Below are positions 30,623-39,362 of a stretch of 64,000 nt of DNA, in pieces. The first letter of the stretch is position 1, and every line of letters begins with the position of its first letter. The notes under the pieces are model-generated. The model saw nothing but the letters and a program-made list of their open reading frames with translations. It was not told the DNA's origin and did no database searches. The position numbers and the translations under genes were made by a program. The DNA is taken from positions 67,133 to 131,132 of IMG/VR virus record IMGVR_UViG_3300036859_000816; one strand, 5' to 3'. Source of the stretch: a virus.

Positions 30623-31166
30623 GTCTCAACTACAAGGCCGTTGAGCAGGCGTTGCGATCTGAGCGCTGCCGGTCTTAGCGCGGCGTGCTTCGGCGGTCTC
30701 AACTACAAGGCCGTTGAGCGGGCGTTGCGATAGCGGGGCCGACCAGCGCAAAGTCGCCTTGTTCAACCGTCTCAACTACAAGGCCGTTGAGCAGGCATTG
30801 CGATTGGAGCCTTGCGAATACACTCTTTCGCGATGCGAAGCTGGTCTCAACTACAAGGCCGTTGAGCAGGCTTTGCGATTTTCTTGCATGGAAGTACCTC
30901 GCGCCATTCACCCAGGTCTCAACTACAAGGCCGTTGAGCAGGCTTTGCGATCTTGGACTTGAAGCGGTGGCAGACCAAGCTGCGGTTGGTCTCAACTACA
31001 AGGCCGTTGAGCAGGCTTTGCGATCACTCCTCCTCGTCCTCGAGGTCCTCGTCATCGTCGTCTCAACTACAAGGCCGTTGAGCAGGCTTTGCGATCGCGC
31101 GCGGAAGTCGCGACGTTGCTGCGCTGCAGCGTCTCAACTACAAGGCCGTTGAGCAGGCTTTGCGAT
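30623..31166 (-). CRISPR. CRISPR array 1: 8 repeats of 36 bp, 7 spacers of 35-39 bp, plus a degenerate trailer repeat at ~30580-30600
   Basis: repeat (plus strand) GTCTCAACTACAAGGCCGTTGAGCAGGC(G/T)TTGCGAT at 30623, 30696, 30769, 30844, 30916, 30989, 31060, 31131. Confidence 0.97.
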
Positions 31167-31168
31167 AG

Positions 31169-31181
31169 ATTGTCAGAGATC
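31169..31181 (-). promoter_or_regulatory. boxA-like antitermination element in array 1 leader
   Basis: minus strand GATCTCTGACAAT, 2 bp before the first repeat. Confidence 0.5.
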
Positions 31182-31379
31182 GTTGTGGATTCGCGGACTT
31201 GTTGTCCGATTTGCGAGCGGTGCCGCACATGACGCGGTTGGTCGTTCCGCGCCACCATCAACCTAACTCACTACTCACCGACAATCGAGCCTTATTTGGC
31301 TCATGCGAGCACCTACGGAGCATCCGTCGCCACCGGACCGCTCGAAATGTTTGGCAGACCCGGGTTATGCTCCGTGCGT

Positions 31380-32030
31380 ATGGCCGATTGGGTCACCAAC
31401 AGCTGTGGCGGCACGCGCTGGCGCACATTGCCCAACGGGCTCATTGAAGTTGAGGGCGAGGGCACGCCGGCCTATGCACCGACGTCTGCCGAATTCGCGA
31501 ATCTCCAGCGTACCTGGACTAATTGGCAGGGCTTGTTCCGTTCGGCGTCGCGACAGTACGGCGTACCGGTCTCGTGGGTCGTCGCTATTGCCACGAACGA
31601 AACCGGTCCATGGTCAAAAGATCCTGCCGGTCAAGCGAGCATTATCTCGTTCGACCAGGGCGTCGGCATCATGCAGATCACGAAGTATCCCGGCACGACC
31701 GTCGAACAGATGCTCGTGCCGGCGCAGAACATTGCGACGGGAGCGAGCATCCTGCGCAAGCACAGTGATCGATACGGCGGCGAGTTGCCGTATGTCGCCG
31801 CTGCGTACAATGCCGGCGGCGTCTACTGTAGTCCCGGCAACAATGAGTGGAACTTTCGCACGACGGGTAACTATCCGCGCCGCGCAGTGCAGTACAACAA
31901 TGCCGCGCTCATGTACCTGCCGTTGGGCGCTACGTTCGCATCAATGCTCGGTTGGTCATTCGCTGGAGCAATTGTTGCGGGCGTGGGCTGGTTTGGTCTG
32001 CGATGGTGGCGACAACTACAAGGCCGTTGA
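31380..32030 (+). CDS. lytic transglycosylase (SLT domain) with C-terminal TM anchor
   Basis: AIATNETG catalytic Glu, GVGIMQI, NIATGA..L, AAAYNAG; hydrophobic tail then WWRQ. Confidence 0.88.
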   Translation: MADWVTNSCGGTRWRTLPNGLIEVEGEGTPAYAPTSAEFANLQRTWTNWQGLFRSASRQYGVPVSWVVAIATNETGPWSKDPAGQASIISFDQGVGIMQITKYPGTTVEQMLVPAQNIATGASILRKHSDRYGGELPYVAAAYNAGGVYCSPGNNEWNFRTTGNYPRRAVQYNNAALMYLPLGATFASMLGWSFAGAIVAGVGWFGLRWWRQLQGR

Positions 32031-33697
32031 GCGGGCGTTGCGATCCTGTCGTCCAAACTGAAATTACAGGTTATTGCACGTGGTCTCAACTACGAAGCCG
32101 TCGAGCGGGCGTTGCTATCTCTTGAACTCTGCGGCTTTGAGCAGCCAGTTGTCGTCTCAACTACAAAGCCGTCGAGCGGGCGTTGCGAGCTGATGCCATT
32201 GACGTTTGTCGTATCCTTATACGTGTCTCAACTACGAAGCCGTTGAGCAGGCGTTGCAATCGCACGCGCGCGGGACGCTTGGCGAACGAGCTGGTTGTCT
32301 CAACTACAAGGCCGTTGAGCAGGCGTTGCGATTCGCATGGTGACTCGTGCCCGACAGTTAAAGGGTTCGTCTCAACTACAAGGCCGTTGAGCAGGCGTTG
32401 CGATTCGAGGGTTTAGTCGATGCAACACCTGGCGTGGCGGTCTCAACTACAAGGCCGTTGAGCAGGCGTTGCGGTCTGGGTGGCGCGAGTTCAAGTGGTC
32501 TCAACTACAAGGCCATTGAGCGGGCGTTTGCGATAAGGACTTTATTTTCGACAATATCGAAGAAGCGATTGTCTCAACTACGAAGCCGTTGAGCAGGCGT
32601 TGCGATACAGTGTGCAACCTGAAGCAGCGGTCTCAACTATAAGGCCGTTGAGCGGGCGTTGCGATAACTGCAACGACGCAGTGGATACTCTCATGCAGTA
32701 GTCTCAACTACAAAGCCGTCGAGCAGGCGTTGCGATATGAGCGTCCACTTGCCGGTGCTGACTAACAGCCGCGCGTCTCAACTACAAGGCCGTTGAGCAG
32801 GCATTGCGATTCGTTGCAGCAACCGTGCAGCAATGCTGCACCAGGTGGTCTCAACTACGAAGCCGTCGAGCAGGCGTTGCGATTGGTGATTCAAATACCG
32901 CACATCCATGGTTTGGGTGTCTCAACTACAAGGCCGTCGAGCGGGCGTTGCGATCGAGTGGGCTGACTGCTCGCGATCGGACACTTCGATGTCTCAACTA
33001 CGAAGCCGTTGAGCAGGCGTTGCGATTGGCGGACCAACTTTAGGGCGAGGACGTCCGATTCTGCGTCTCAACTACGAAGCCGTTGAGCAGGCGTTGCGTC
33101 AGGTAATCCTGGTCTCAACTACGAAGCCGTCGAGCGGGCGTTGCGATCTAGTTCGGAGCATCCACCGTCTCAACTACAAGGCCGTTGAGCAGGCATTGCG
33201 ATGTTGGCAGGAGCGTGCTTCCACCCATGGCGTCTCAACTACGAAGCCGTCGAGCAGGCGTTGTCGATGGCGCAAGCTTCGAGGGCCTGGTGCACGCAGT
33301 CGCCGTCTCAACTACAAGGCCGTTGAGCGGGCGTTGCGAATCCGGGTGCGTAAACACCCGAGACCCTTTGCCGAAACCTGTGTCTCAACTACAAGGCCGT
33401 CGAGCGGGCGTTGCGATGGCCGGAAATGAAGAGTCCACCTAGACCTAGAGTCGCGGTCTCAACTACAAAGCCGTCGAGCGGGCGTTGCGATAGATCATCG
33501 ACGTGTCGGATGAACGGCGAGTGACAGTCTCAACTACGAAGCCGTCGAGCTGGCGTTGCGATCTTTTGCTTAGCCGACCGTCGAACCAGTTCAAACGTCT
33601 CAACTACGAAGCCGTCGAGCGGGCGTTGCGATATCGGCTCGCCGAAATCAGCAAAGGAAATACGTCTCAACTACGAAGCCGTTGAGCAGGCGTTGAT
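32009..33697 (-). CRISPR. CRISPR array 2: 25 repeats (first and last degenerate), 24 spacers of ~11-41 bp
   Basis: same 36-bp repeat family with variants GTCTCAACTAC(A/G)A(G/A)GCCGT(T/C)GAGC(A/G)GGCGTTGCGAT, starts from 32009 to 33664. Confidence 0.97.
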
Positions 33698-33706
33698 GCG
33701 TCTTAA

Positions 33707-33719
33707 ATTGTCAAAGATC
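33707..33719 (-). promoter_or_regulatory. boxA-like antitermination element in array 2 leader
   Basis: minus strand GATCTTTGACAAT between the effector stop codon and the first repeat. Confidence 0.6.
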
Positions 33720-33743
33720 GAGCGCGAGAAACGTCGGTTTCAT

Positions 33744-35801
33744 TCATTCTACATCGTTCGCATCATTTTCCAAGTCCTCACGGCGGGCACTTCCCGGCGA
33801 GCCGTTGGTGCCGAAGCGCGCAAAGTACCGATTCAGCATAACACGACAGGCATTCAAATCGCGGTCCCAGTTGTTGCCGCAGCCGGCGCAAACCTGCACG
33901 CGTTCTTCAGGCTTCTCCCAGTCCTTATTTACATAACTACAGATGTGACATTCTTGCGTCGAACTTTCGCCCTCGGCTTTGCACGCTCGCGATCCGAACG
34001 CTTCAACAATGATGGAACGCAGTTCGCTTGGAGCGGCGATGGCTCGGACGCGATTCGTGAATTCGCTCTCCGGCTCCTCTTCGGGTTTGCATTTGGTCGC
34101 GAACTTTCGCAGATCAATATCATCGACGACGGCGACCGCATACTTGTCTGCTAACCGTCGAGCCCATTTGCGATACAAATCGTGACGATGCGCCAACGTA
34201 CTGTCTCGCTGATGACTTTCCCATTGATAGAGGTGCTTGTTCTTGTGACGCCACCACTCTAGGTAAACCAGTAACTGTTCGGTCTCGTCGGTAATGCCTT
34301 GGGATGCGGCCCAGTTCGTTATGTTTGCGTACGCATCGAATAGATCACGACGAGCCTTGAGCCGTCCGCTCTTCCAACTAGCCCACAGCCGGTTGACGAC
34401 GTCGCGATCGGGAAACGCTTCCGATACCCAGCGGCCAACAAGGCGTGCGAGCTTGCCATGCTGGCGCCACTTCATCATGTACTCCGTGTCTTTCTTCACC
34501 CAAGCCGGCACCGAATGCTTCTTCATGAAGTCGGCGAGATTCTTCCGTGCCCGCTCGAAGTGTTCATCAGCAAAGCCTTGAAGCCTGGAGCATTGTAGGA
34601 AACGTTCGCGTAACTCATAGGGCAACGCCAACTCCTGTTCATTGCCCTGATCATCGACGCAGTAGACCACGCGAATACCGTGTGGCAAGAGCCGCCAACC
34701 AAAGTCGAAGGCTAAGGTTTTCGAGCCCGCCACCGCTGTTTCGTGGAATTGTCCGGATTCGAGAGTGAGCTGCAACTGGTAGCGCGTTTGCGTACCCACG
34801 CGGCTGATCTTGATCCAGGCCCACATCACCGCAGCATCGTCCGGTAAGGGTCGATGCATGAGCACGCGAAACTCTGCCCAAACCGGCTTACCTGCGTTCG
34901 ATCCAATTCGGATCCGAACGGTGGTTTCCATGTGCCGCCGCCCTGGTCGATTCTTCTTCCAACCGAGCACGATGGTCTTCTTTTTTTGCGTCTTACGGTA
35001 TCGGACTACGGCTTCAACATCATGCGGAAATGGATCAATCTGGAGCATTTTGCTGCGGCCAGAGATGATATCGGCTACAGGTTCGCGATGTAGTTGCACT
35101 CCGATGCGGCACGGATCGGTGTAATGACGATGGCGCGGATCCTTCTTGCTCTTTTTCGCCGCTTCGAACGCCTGATCGACGAGCAAGTACGTTCCATTGT
35201 ACAGCCCACTATCGGCGCGCGTACGTTTGATTTGTTCGGTCGTCTCCATTTCGATCTTGGTCTTTGCTTTCCAGAAGTCCGGCCAGTTCTCCTCCTGGAG
35301 CATCTGTGTCAAAACCTCGCGGCGCACCCGTTCCTTGACTCGCGGTCCGGTGCTGCCAGCTGCGTGACAAGCGGCTTCAAAGCGTTGCTTAACTTCGTCA
35401 TCTGCGGGACGAAGTATCTTGCTGATCGTTTGACGCGCGTCTTTGACGTCTTGCCAGGCCTGCTTGTGCTGCTCTTTTAGTTTGCGCACTGCTGCATTCA
35501 AATCAGCGTCGACCACCCGCTTGCGTTTAGCCTTGCGCTGGGATTGAATTTTCTCGCGTGTCTCTTCAAGCTCTCTGTCGACCGCTTCGTAGGCGAGCTC
35601 TAGCGTCTCGAAATTCGGGAACATGGCCGTGCGCAATTCCCGAAAGCGGCGGCGGCGCTCACGCTCGATGTCGATGAGATTGTTGTAGTAGTTGTGTGCA
35701 GCCTGAATCTGCTCGTTAAATTCAGCAGCACCGGATAGGATCTGTGTGCGACAACGAAAGGGCCAGATGCGAGAGGGAACGTTCGATGTTTTGCGTTTCA
35801 T
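33744..35801 (-). CDS. cas12m: type V CRISPR effector, Cas12m (V-M / V-U1)-like, ~685 aa
   Basis: adjacent to array; AHNYYN.L...ER coiled REC, GLY.GTY, RIGVQL, MHRPLP, RuvC-I AFDFGWR, RuvC-II VVDDIDL, CHIC...CAGC zinc finger, RuvC-III WDRDLNAC. Confidence 0.8.
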   Translation of the reverse strand: MKRKTSNVPSRIWPFRCRTQILSGAAEFNEQIQAAHNYYNNLIDIERERRRRFRELRTAMFPNFETLELAYEAVDRELEETREKIQSQRKAKRKRVVDADLNAAVRKLKEQHKQAWQDVKDARQTISKILRPADDEVKQRFEAACHAAGSTGPRVKERVRREVLTQMLQEENWPDFWKAKTKIEMETTEQIKRTRADSGLYNGTYLLVDQAFEAAKKSKKDPRHRHYTDPCRIGVQLHREPVADIISGRSKMLQIDPFPHDVEAVVRYRKTQKKKTIVLGWKKNRPGRRHMETTVRIRIGSNAGKPVWAEFRVLMHRPLPDDAAVMWAWIKISRVGTQTRYQLQLTLESGQFHETAVAGSKTLAFDFGWRLLPHGIRVVYCVDDQGNEQELALPYELRERFLQCSRLQGFADEHFERARKNLADFMKKHSVPAWVKKDTEYMMKWRQHGKLARLVGRWVSEAFPDRDVVNRLWASWKSGRLKARRDLFDAYANITNWAASQGITDETEQLLVYLEWWRHKNKHLYQWESHQRDSTLAHRHDLYRKWARRLADKYAVAVVDDIDLRKFATKCKPEEEPESEFTNRVRAIAAPSELRSIIVEAFGSRACKAEGESSTQECHICSYVNKDWEKPEERVQVCAGCGNNWDRDLNACRVMLNRYFARFGTNGSPGSARREDLENDANDVE

Positions 35802-35840
35802 GGCGTCGGTGTGGCTACAATGAGCCCACAACAACCCAGC

Positions 35841-35858
35841 CGTCAAATATTTTTGACG
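35841..35858. promoter_or_regulatory. inverted repeat CGTCAAA-tatt-TTTGACG upstream of the effector gene
   Basis: palindrome containing a TTGACG -35-like hexamer on each strand, ~40 bp upstream of the ATG. Confidence 0.4.
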
Positions 35859-35922
35859 ATCACGCAACTTACTCGACTAATTGCCGATATTTGGCCGTAC
35901 AACCGTGTCGGCACTGAGGCTC

Positions 35923-36705
35923 TCAGAGTGAGATTTTACGACGCGACCAAGCCCAATACGCACCCATGCCGATGGCTGCGAAAACCGCGCCGCCGAGAAT
36001 CGGTCCGAGCCAGCGCGCGCGAGCGAACCACGGAGCGAGGTAGGCCTGCCAGATCAGCGGCGCGAGATCATGGTGCCCAGCGTGACTGTAGTCATTGCCG
36101 GCACCGTCGGCGCTGCCCGGGACCACGTAATCGGCCCAATAGAGGGCACCCATGCGCCACCATCCGCCGCTCGCTGCCGGCGCTGGTGCCTTGGGCATAA
36201 CCGACCGCGGACGGCGGCCCGTGGCCGCCTGGACGGCATTCCAGACCGATAGCCAGCTCTTGCGCCCGGTCAAGTAGTCAGCGCCACCGCTGTTGGATGC
36301 CGTGGAGACGAACAGTTTGTCTCCGCGCGCGGCGTCGATGCCCATGGCAACGTACCCGCGTTTGGGCGGGTCGCTGAAGCCGGAGAACGTAGCATCCGAC
36401 AGAACCATGGCGCTCAGGCGCGCTCGATCGGCATCGACGGCTGCGAGCTTGTTCAAGAGGCCATGGCCGGCGCTGTAGGCCGCGAGCGCGATCTGATCGA
36501 CCTGGTCGAGCTCGACTTTCGCATATGTCCGAACCAACGCCGGCAGAATGCGACCAGTCCCGTCGCGCAGCTGTTCGGCTAAATTTGAAAAGTAACTCGA
36601 GGCCTCGTGCACGATCGGAACAATGCGCACGTCACGGCCGAACCAATTAATCTGCTTGAACGTATCACGCAGAATGATCGGTCCGGCGAAGAAAACGAGA
36701 TCCAC
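35923..36705 (-). CDS. alpha/beta-hydrolase-like protein with C-terminal TM anchor
   Basis: ALAAYSAG nucleophile-elbow-like motif, LSDA, late His (SHAGHH); hydrophobic tail then WSRRK. Confidence 0.55.
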   Translation of the reverse strand: MDLVFFAGPIILRDTFKQINWFGRDVRIVPIVHEASSYFSNLAEQLRDGTGRILPALVRTYAKVELDQVDQIALAAYSAGHGLLNKLAAVDADRARLSAMVLSDATFSGFSDPPKRGYVAMGIDAARGDKLFVSTASNSGGADYLTGRKSWLSVWNAVQAATGRRPRSVMPKAPAPAASGGWWRMGALYWADYVVPGSADGAGNDYSHAGHHDLAPLIWQAYLAPWFARARWLGPILGGAVFAAIGMGAYWAWSRRKISL

Positions 36706-36722
36706 GTTTCAACGCAACGGGC

Positions 36723-37460
36723 TCAGAGCTTTCTGATGATGATGTTGACTTCGGGCGTTTCGATGTCTGCTGTGTCCAAAATATTGCGCGCAACGATGTC
36801 GATAAAATCGTTGAACACGAGATCGAACTTCTGGACAACGGTTAGAGCATGAAATGCATCGACGGTATCGAATGTCTCGATCTGGCTCGTATTCACATCG
36901 GTCGTGTTTCCAGCTAGAGCCCCATTTAGATCGACAGTCATTTCAACGTCTGTCGGAACCACAGGAGCTGGTTCTTGTCCGGAACTGATGAGTAAGCTCA
37001 ACGCCGCTGTAACTTCGAACGGTGCGGGTGGTCCCTTGTACGTCATGCGACCGGTATTCACGTCGACGATAAACCCCGATGCGGGACTCAGATTGAAGAC
37101 CGACCATTGACCGGGACTTGCTGATGTTAGGCGCTCCCAACGGTTGGCTGAGAGTATGTCGAACTTTGGACTGGTCAGAACGTTGGTACCTTGCCAGAAT
37201 CCCGAGAGCGCACCTGCGCTGGACATCAGAATCCAGCGTCCCGGACCGCCAAGCGGCTGCACAACGAGCGTACCTAACGGCGCTGCAGTGCTGAGCTTAT
37301 CGAGCACGTAAAACGATCGGTTTTCGATCACGAAACAGAGCGACCCGTTGGGTAGCTCATTAACGATGATGTTCTGCAGACTGTCGCTATCGTTGAAGCC
37401 TAGAACGCTTGCGCGTGGTGCGAGCAATCGCAGGGCCGTGTCAGCAAGTCGGTCAGTCAT
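36723..37460 (-). CDS. fibre/receptor-binding-like paralog 1 (MTDRL...GPGRW N-domain + variable beta-rich C-domain)
   Basis: shared N-terminal ~80 aa with four other ORFs. Confidence 0.65.
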   Translation of the reverse strand: MTDRLADTALRLLAPRASVLGFNDSDSLQNIIVNELPNGSLCFVIENRSFYVLDKLSTAAPLGTLVVQPLGGPGRWILMSSAGALSGFWQGTNVLTSPKFDILSANRWERLTSASPGQWSVFNLSPASGFIVDVNTGRMTYKGPPAPFEVTAALSLLISSGQEPAPVVPTDVEMTVDLNGALAGNTTDVNTSQIETFDTVDAFHALTVVQKFDLVFNDFIDIVARNILDTADIETPEVNIIIRKL

Positions 37461-37505
37461 GAATTTAGCTCCAATCGATCAGTCACAGCATGCTTTCAGA
37501 GTCGT

Positions 37506-38270
37506 TTACTCGAACGGTGTGGCGACGAGATGCAAACGGGTTACAACCATGGATTCGGATACTGGCTCGAGTCCGAGATCGGAATTAGTGATGACCGGAC
37601 GAACCACGTCACCAGCAGTCAAAATTACCGACCGAGCGGCTGCCAGCGATTGAAACGGAGCAATGTTCGTTTCCACTGCTTCGGTACCATCATTGTTTGT
37701 CGTAAAGAGACGGTCGTGTACTCCACCGGTAAATAGGTCAGATGTGAGTCCGAGTTGGAAAAGGCTCGAAGTGTTGAGCTCCATACTGACGTACGATTGC
37801 AGCAGATAGCGGCGCGTGGGACCGAGATATGTGAGCGTTCCTTGGAATTGATCCAAGCTAAAAACGGGTGCAAAGACACCGGCGTAAATAACCGTCGGCG
37901 GCTGCGATGTTGGTCCTGCTACCCAAGTCTCAGCTGGGGACGGAGCAGCAACCGCCAGCGACGGTCCCGCGAAGTTCGTCGCAATGAGAAACACCTCGGC
38001 TGACAGTTGCGCCTGCGATGAGCCAGACGCGAGCAAGATCCAACGACCTGGCCCGCCAAGCGGAATGATTACTACGCCAAGAACTGCGGCGGAGCTGTTG
38101 TCGAGCTTGTCGAGCCGATAGAGGCCCTCGGTTGAATTGACCCAACAGAGCGCACCATTCGGCAGCTCGTCGGTGATGACGTTTTGCAGGCTGTCGTGAT
38201 CGCCAAAGCCTTCGGCGTTCGCGCGTGGCGCGAGAAGTCGAAGGTCACCGTCAGCAAGTCGGTCGGTCAT
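37506..38270 (-). CDS. fibre/receptor-binding-like paralog 2
   Basis: MTDRLADGDLRLLAPRA...LQNVITDELPNG...GPGRW. Confidence 0.65.
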   Translation of the reverse strand: MTDRLADGDLRLLAPRANAEGFGDHDSLQNVITDELPNGALCWVNSTEGLYRLDKLDNSSAAVLGVVIIPLGGPGRWILLASGSSQAQLSAEVFLIATNFAGPSLAVAAPSPAETWVAGPTSQPPTVIYAGVFAPVFSLDQFQGTLTYLGPTRRYLLQSYVSMELNTSSLFQLGLTSDLFTGGVHDRLFTTNNDGTEAVETNIAPFQSLAAARSVILTAGDVVRPVITNSDLGLEPVSESMVVTRLHLVATPFE

Positions 38271-38286
38271 GACAAATTCCTCACTT

Positions 38287-38488
38287 TTACATTACGGCGG
38301 TAACGATGTAATCAGTCGAAGCCTTGATCAGGATGTAATACGATTCAAATTCGGTGACGTAAACATAAGCATCCGTCATTCAGCGGATCGGTGATGATGT
38401 TCTGCAGACTGTCTCCGTCGCCGAATCCAGTAAGTACGGCTCGCGCGGCGAGGTGACGGTACGCAACAGCTCCAAGTCTCTCAGTCAT
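38287..38488 (-). pseudogene. frameshifted, truncated copy of the MTERL N-terminal domain
   Basis: MTERLGAVAYRHLAARA...LQNIITDPLNDGCLC, then an extra T; removing it restores YVTEFESYYIL, followed by an early stop. Confidence 0.7.
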
Positions 38489-38514
38489 GGTTCAAATCCT
38501 CACGGTCGAGCGGT

Positions 38515-39255
38515 TTATTCGAATGGTGTCACAACCAAATGCTGACCGTTCACTTCGATGCCGCCATCTGGGTCAGCTTCGTTCTGGTTTTGGTATGCAA
38601 CTTGAATCGTATCTAGGTCGCTCAGCAGAATTATTCGCTCCGCGGCCAGAACAAAAAGATTCGCGGTGCCCGTTGCGCTGATCAAGGCTTGTTCGGCAAA
38701 TGGCTGATCACTGCCGATTCGATCACCGCTGACGTCTGCCGTTATTCCAATGTCGTCACCATTGGGCGCTGCGAGATTCGCGGAAACCTCGATTTCGAAC
38801 AACCGCGGCGGTCCGTGATACGTCAGCACGCCGCTCGACAAGTCAGCGGTGAATATTCCGTTGGCTGGTAACGTGGCCGAGTATGCAACGGGAGGCGGCG
38901 GGAAAATGTTACCGGCTGTCCAGGTTCCAACCGGTGCGGACGGTACAACCGGATTTCCCCAGGCAACAACGTTCAACAATGTCTCAGCGGAGAACTGCGT
39001 TGCAAACGATCCAGCGAAGACCAGAATCCAGCGTCCCGGGCCCGCGAGCGGTTGAACGATGAAACCGGCGACGGGTGCGGCCGTGGAACGCCGATCGAGC
39101 AAGTAATATGCTTTCTCAACGACGACGTAACAGAGACACCCGTCGTTGAGCGGGTTGGTGATGATGTTTTGCAGGCTATCGCCGTCGCCGGTTCCGTTGA
39201 GGACGGCTCGTGCACCCAAATGACGGTACGCAACAGCTCCAAGTCTCTCGGTCAC
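38515..39255 (-). CDS. fibre/receptor-binding-like paralog 3
   Basis: GTG start VTERLGAVAYRHLGARA...LQNIITNPLNDG...GPGRW. Confidence 0.65.
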   Translation of the reverse strand: MTERLGAVAYRHLGARAVLNGTGDGDSLQNIITNPLNDGCLCYVVVEKAYYLLDRRSTAAPVAGFIVQPLAGPGRWILVFAGSFATQFSAETLLNVVAWGNPVVPSAPVGTWTAGNIFPPPPVAYSATLPANGIFTADLSSGVLTYHGPPRLFEIEVSANLAAPNGDDIGITADVSGDRIGSDQPFAEQALISATGTANLFVLAAERIILLSDLDTIQVAYQNQNEADPDGGIEVNGQHLVVTPFE

Positions 39256-39362
39256 GGCGTATGGTGGGCCTTTCTCGGGACTTTTTTGTTGTCCGTTGGC
39301 GCCATCATTGATGGTCGCCCGCGTGCTGTCAAAAAAATCGCTTCTTTTCGTCTCGAGGCGGC

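Noticed and set aside
30880-32497. Resemblance between spacer 30880-30915 (reverse complement) and spacer 32476-32497
   Set aside because: Short, gapped and GC-rich; not distinguishable from chance
30503-33685. Short ORFs containing VSTTRPLSRRC / LNYKAVE
   Set aside because: Translations of CRISPR repeats, not genes
33744-35801. Interpretation as IS200/IS605 TnpB transposon gene
   Set aside because: Much longer than TnpB, directly abuts a CRISPR array, no TnpA or IS ends seen, and the N-terminal motifs fit Cas12m
36723-39255. Diversity-generating retroelement or invertase shufflon explaining the paralogs
   Set aside because: No reverse transcriptase, TR/VR pair with adenine-specific differences, or inverted recombination sites seen; each copy has its own start
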